Assembly: GCA_964016885.1 (NCBI GenBank)
Contig: OZ024743.1
Location: forward strand, 267,902,001 to 267,966,000
Length of the DNA: 64,000 bases
Origin: Eledone cirrhosa
Taxonomy: Eukaryota
Reading direction: 5' to 3'
Below, piece after piece: positions 59,726 to 64,000 of the stretch (the first letter of the stretch is position 1; each line of letters starts with the position of its first letter). A program made the position numbers and the translations under genes. Below the pieces are notes generated by a model that had not been told where the DNA came from, did no database searches, and was given only the letters and a program-made list of their open reading frames with translations.

Positions 59726-59726
<1 letters not shown>
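59598..59726 (+). mobile_element. Diverged family B element with hairpin
   Basis: CTCGATGGCTA..TAGCCATCGAG and AGATCCGAA/TTCGGATCT hairpins; tail TTATGGTCCACCTGCTTTCTTACCACACTTTC. Confidence 0.68.
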
Positions 59727-59760
<34 letters not shown>

Positions 59761-59761
59761 T

Positions 59762-59826
<65 letters not shown>

Positions 59827-60211
59827 CAGAATTCGGATCTAACTGTTTAAACGGCTGGAGCTTAGCCGTCAGGGTCCCAAATGTTTCATACATAAAGATT
59901 AAGGAAAACAGTGCTCCATCTGTTGAAAGAGAGCTTATTTAGTGTAAACAAAGTTTCATACACTTAACAAGTATGTGTTGAATTGTGATGTGAGATTTTA
60001 AAATACGGTGAGAGAACAGATTTATATCACACGGAACTAAGGATGATTTAAGATGTGTTCTCTCCAAAATGTTTAGTATGGCAGAAGTCAAGTGTTCAGA
60101 TCAGGGTGTTTGCTAAGTATTTCTGGACTGATTGGAGCTACAACGGTCTGATTTACATGCATATGGTAGTGTGAGGGTGTGAGTGCATGTGTGGTTTGTG
60201 CGAATGTGCGC

Positions 60212-60256
<45 letters not shown>

Positions 60257-60613
60257 ACGTAGACGAATACCGGAGAAATCTAATACTAATTTCGCCCTTT
60301 AGCCGCACACACAAGAACAGACAGAATCATTAAAATGTCTGAATCTAACTGAAGAAACCCTGAACCGGAAGTTTTCAGAAATATTTGAACGTATGATTAA
60401 ATGCTGAAGGCCTCAGTCAGAAAATAATTAAGAATTATTTGAAAACATTAATGCTTCATAGAAATTAAAATGAGGGGAGAAAGCAAGACATTTAAGCAAT
60501 AATAATAAATGAATATCTTTCAATCTTCTTTTATTTTAAATTAAATGTTCAAAAGTTATCGTTTTTCTTCGCAATCACTAATTTTCAAAAATGAACCAAT
60601 GCTAGACCTCCTC

Positions 60614-60758
60614 CTTCTTCTTCTTCTTCTTCTTCTTCTTCTTCTTCTTCTTCTTCTTCTTCTTCTTCTTCTTCTTCTTCTTCTTCTTCTTCTTCTTCTT
60701 CTTCTTCTTCTTCTTCTTCTTCTTCTTCTTCTTCTTCTTCTTCTTCTTCTTCTTCTTC
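60614..60758. repeat. (CTT)n microsatellite
   Basis: Direct sequence. Confidence 0.97.
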
Positions 60759-60843
60759 CACTCTCAAGCGTGAAACTAATATTAACATTTTGTACTGTCA
60801 CTTCGCTTCCACGTTGTTGTTTTTTTGTTTACTGTTTCAATTA

Positions 60844-60926
<83 letters not shown>

Positions 60927-60928
60927 TT

Positions 60929-61133
60929 GTTTGGCAATATTGGTAGATCGTCTGAAACCAAGCAGAGAGTTACGTCACTTTACGTTTTCAGTTCAATCAC
61001 CGGTCAGTTTAGCTTTGCCTTTCATCATTCGAGGGTCGATAAAATAAAGTACCAGTAACAAACTGGGGGCGATTTAATCCATTTTCTCCTTCTCCAAAAT
61101 GGTTGGCCATGCGCCTAAATTAGAAACTATTAT
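60929..61133 (+). mobile_element. SINE family 1-related copy
   Basis: TTGGCAATATTGGTAG, AGTTCAATCACC, CTTTGCCTTTCATCATTCGAGGGTCGATAAAATAAAGTACCAG, TTAGAAACTATTATT. Confidence 0.8.
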
Positions 61134-61466
61134 TAATATTGTAAAAATAAATAAATTTAATAAAATATATATCCCTCATTAAGCGCTCATACGAAATCAA
61201 TGAAACACACGTACATATGTGTGCATAGTTGTTTACGTGTGTGTGTATGCGCTTCTGTATGAATAAAGTCGTTCGTTTTCAATATGATTTGCTGATCCAG
61301 GAAATGGTTCCAATACCGAATGTAATAGATCAAGCCCTGTAAATTTCACCCCTCACTAAAAGAATGTACCTTCTATACTTTAGGTAGAGTATGATTATTT
61401 TTGTATAACGGAACATCGTTGCACTATACATACATATGCACAAACACACACACACACACATATATT

Positions 61467-61524
<58 letters not shown>

Positions 61525-61650
61525 AAGTTTTATTTAAATTGTTGGGTTACAACGAGTAAATATTTATAACTGATATAAAAGCACTCAACAAGTATTTGGA
61601 GTATATTTACGATATTAAATAAATGGAAACTATACTTATAAAACCATATT

Positions 61651-61715
61651 TATTTCATTATATATATTTCAGGGAGTCATATTAAAAATATGGTATGCCT
61701 TCCTCAGACAAAATA
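61651..61715 (-). ncRNA. Type I minimal hammerhead ribozyme (inverted copy)
   Basis: Reverse complement of 61867-61932 with core intact. Confidence 0.78.
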
Positions 61716-61866
61716 CAATATAAACAGTCTTATAAATAGATAGATTTGACATACCTTTACGACTTCAACTTCCATTTAAAAATCAACCACCAAATCAACT
61801 TTTTAAATGGAAGTTGAAGTCGTAAAGGTATATCAAATCTATCTATTTATAAGACTGTTTATATTG

Positions 61867-61932
61867 TATTTTGTCTGAGGAAGGCATACCATATTTTTAA
61901 TATGATATCCCTGAAATATATATAATGAAATA
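61867..61932 (+). ncRNA. Type I minimal hammerhead ribozyme
   Basis: TATTTTGT-CTGAGGA-AGGCATACCATATT/ttt/AATATGATATCCCT-GAAA-TATATA-TA^ATGAAATA. Confidence 0.82.
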
Positions 61933-61973
61933 AATATGGTTTTATAAGTATAGTTTCCATTTATTTAATATCG

Positions 61974-62004
<31 letters not shown>

Positions 62005-62009
62005 TTATC

Positions 62010-62048
<39 letters not shown>

Positions 62049-62050
62049 AT

Positions 62051-62259
62051 ACAAAATTAAGGTAAATCAAAATTATGAGTGTCATGCCCCGAAAGGCATG
62101 CGCCATATCACCCGTTAAATAAGCTCCAAGATTCTAATGAATAGGTCCGAGCATTTTATAACAACTAGAAATTGATTAACATATAAATAAACATATGAAT
62201 TAATCCCCTGTGATTGTTCCATATGTTTATTTATATGTTAATAAATTTCTAGTTGTTAA
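62051..62259. mobile_element. (TA)n-embedded fold-back island (arms 62159-62197 / 62220-62258, one-sided tail)
   Basis: TAACAACTAGAAATTGATTAACATATAAATAAACATATG and its near-perfect reverse complement. Confidence 0.78.
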
Positions 62260-62284
62260 ATATATATATATATATATAAAGAAT

Positions 62285-62695
62285 GAATAATAACAGGTAG
62301 ACATCATCAAAAAGGTAATTATTTGCAGAAACTCAATTTTCAAATGCTGCTTCTACGGTTTCCTCAGAGCAGAATTCTGCTCTGAGGAAACGGTAGAATC
62401 AGCATTTGAAAATTGAGTTTCTGCAAATAATTACAAATAATTACCAATTTGCACATAGCATGACTAGGCTGTATAACTTCTGTTGAAACATTTGTAAACA
62501 CTCGGAATAAATTACCTTTTATATGATGTCTACCTGTTATTATTCGGAATACAGAAGGATCAGAAACTGAGTTTCTTGAACTATTCTTCCATAACTCGTT
62601 GAGTAACCCCTCACCGTACGTCAACTCTATCTAGTGTAGTATTTAACCATTACTGCATTCAGGATAATCCTAAGCAGTTCTTGTATAACCTAATA

Positions 62696-62698
<3 letters not shown>
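62285..62698 (+). mobile_element. (TA)n-embedded fold-back island with spacerless palindrome and tail
   Basis: Centre CAGAGCAGAATTCTGCTCTG; outer arms GAATAATAACAGGTAGACATCAT / ATGATGTCTACCTGTTATTATTC; tail with TCGTTGAGTAA as in family A. Confidence 0.78.
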
Positions 62699-62748
<50 letters not shown>

Positions 62749-62891
62749 GAAGTTGTATTTAATTTGTTGGAAATCGACAAATATAAATGTTCATAACTGA
62801 TTTAGAGCTCTCAAAAGATACTGGAGTAAATATTCCATGATATTAAATAAATGGAAACTATATTTATAAAACCATATTTATATTATTATAT

Positions 62892-63074
62892 GGTGGATTG
62901 GCAGTATCGGTAAGGGTCGGACGCCATGCTTTGAAGCATAGAGTTACCTCCCTTTATGATCTGAGTTCAAATCCCGCCGAGGTTAACTTTGCCTTTCATC
63001 CTTACGGGGTCGATAAAATAAAGTACCAGTAATGCACTGGAATAATTGCTGGCCTTGTGCCAAAAGTAGAAACA
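62892..63074 (+). mobile_element. SINE family 1 (full length)
   Basis: GGATTGGCAGTATCGGTAAGG..GAGTTCAAATCCCGCCGAGGTTAACTTTGCCTTTCATCCTTACGGGGTCGATAAAAT; putative TSD ATTATAT. Confidence 0.88.
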
Positions 63075-63171
63075 ATTATATATATTTCAAAGGCAACCAA
63101 CTATCCAGGGAATTTCCGACCGATAAGGTTGAATCTTCGTGGGTAGGTCTTTATTTATAAAACAAACTTTG

Positions 63172-63236
63172 TATTTTATCTGATGAAAGCGCACCAAGGT
63201 TGGCTTGGTTACCCTTGAAATATATATAATAGAATA
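63172..63236 (+). ncRNA. Type I minimal hammerhead ribozyme
   Basis: TATTTTAT-CTGATGA-AAGCGCACCAAG/gttgg/CTTGGTTACCCTT-GAAA-TATATA-TA^ATAGAATA. Confidence 0.84.
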
Positions 63237-63920
63237 AATATGGTTTTATAAATATAGTTTCCATTTATTTAATATCATAGTATATCTATATATATATATA
63301 TAAATTTCCCTATATTTTCGAAACGGAGTCACCAAATTGGAGTTACTGCTCTTCCGCCCACCCTCCCAGTCTTAGGAGAGTAAGTGAAAAAACAATTAGC
63401 TTTAGGCGAGAAATGAAAACACGAAAAAAAGAATGGTGACTACGCCAATTTCTTCTCACCTAACTCCTTCTTTAACGAGACAGCATTTACCAGCAAGTGT
63501 AGAACAGAAACCTGTAACCTTACAAACCATGATTCTGTCATCTTAAGTCAAGTGGCCACTATATCACTGCTGCTTTGTCAAATAAAACATTGAGAGGACA
63601 TACAACGAAATAAACACTACACACAAACGGGCAAAAAACACCCATGCAGACACAGAGACAGACACTGATACTCGGATACACTCACACACACACACACATG
63701 CACACACACACGCGCGCGCACACACGCACAAACACACACAAACACACATATATATTTACATATATGTGTGCGTGTGTTAATATATACATACCCTCTCCTA
63801 TATGTAAATATGTATATGTATATATATATATATATATATATACATCCATCTTGACGTTATAGTCGCATATATGTTATAGAATGCTGTTAGCTTCTCGCTA
63901 AAACAATCTCTATACCTCTC

Positions 63921-63964
<44 letters not shown>

Positions 63965-64000
63965 TCAGACGGAAATACTTCATATATATATATATATATA

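Larger units (their letters stand above)
61522..61975 (-). mobile_element. Fold-back hammerhead element, family A
   Basis: ~175-bp arms 61608-61782 / 61800-61975, 17-nt spacer, unique tail 61522-61607, (TA)n flanks. Confidence 0.83.
62746..63278 (-). mobile_element. Fold-back hammerhead element, family A, interrupted by SINE
   Basis: Tail 62746-62836 homologous to 61522-61607; arm 62837-62891 plus 63082-63100 mirrors ~63205-63278. Confidence 0.8.

Noticed and set aside
60345-60390. CTGAAGA...GAAA motif
   Set aside because: No valid UH site or stem I; folds as a simple hairpin

Overview
AT-rich animal genomic DNA that is saturated with microsatellites and has no recognisable host exon. The SINE families and repeat landscape suggest an octopus or other cephalopod (inference). 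Recognisable coding sequence is all retroelement: (i) Dong/R4-type non-LTR elements (RT, CCHC, RLE) inserted in (TAA)n, including a stack of distinct elements at 1-3140 and a near full-length decayed copy at 17851-21786; (ii) CRE-like RLE remnants; (iii) a 5'-truncated Penelope-like element (Naiad-type GIY-YIG) at 40150-42583; (iv) two tRNA-derived SINE families. The main hidden signal is a large population of short non-coding islands embedded in (TA)n tracts. Many are asymmetric fold-back (head-to-head inverted) structures. Many also carry a type I minimal hammerhead ribozyme (stem I, CUGANGA, variable stem II, GAAA, palindromic loop III, UH, stem I'). The same ribozyme architecture sits at the 3' end of the Penelope-like ORF. 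This links the islands to a (TA)n-targeting Penelope/hammerhead system of several families, in which fold-back insertion places a ribozyme on both strands. Ribozyme calls come from manual pairing and were not tested computationally or biochemically.
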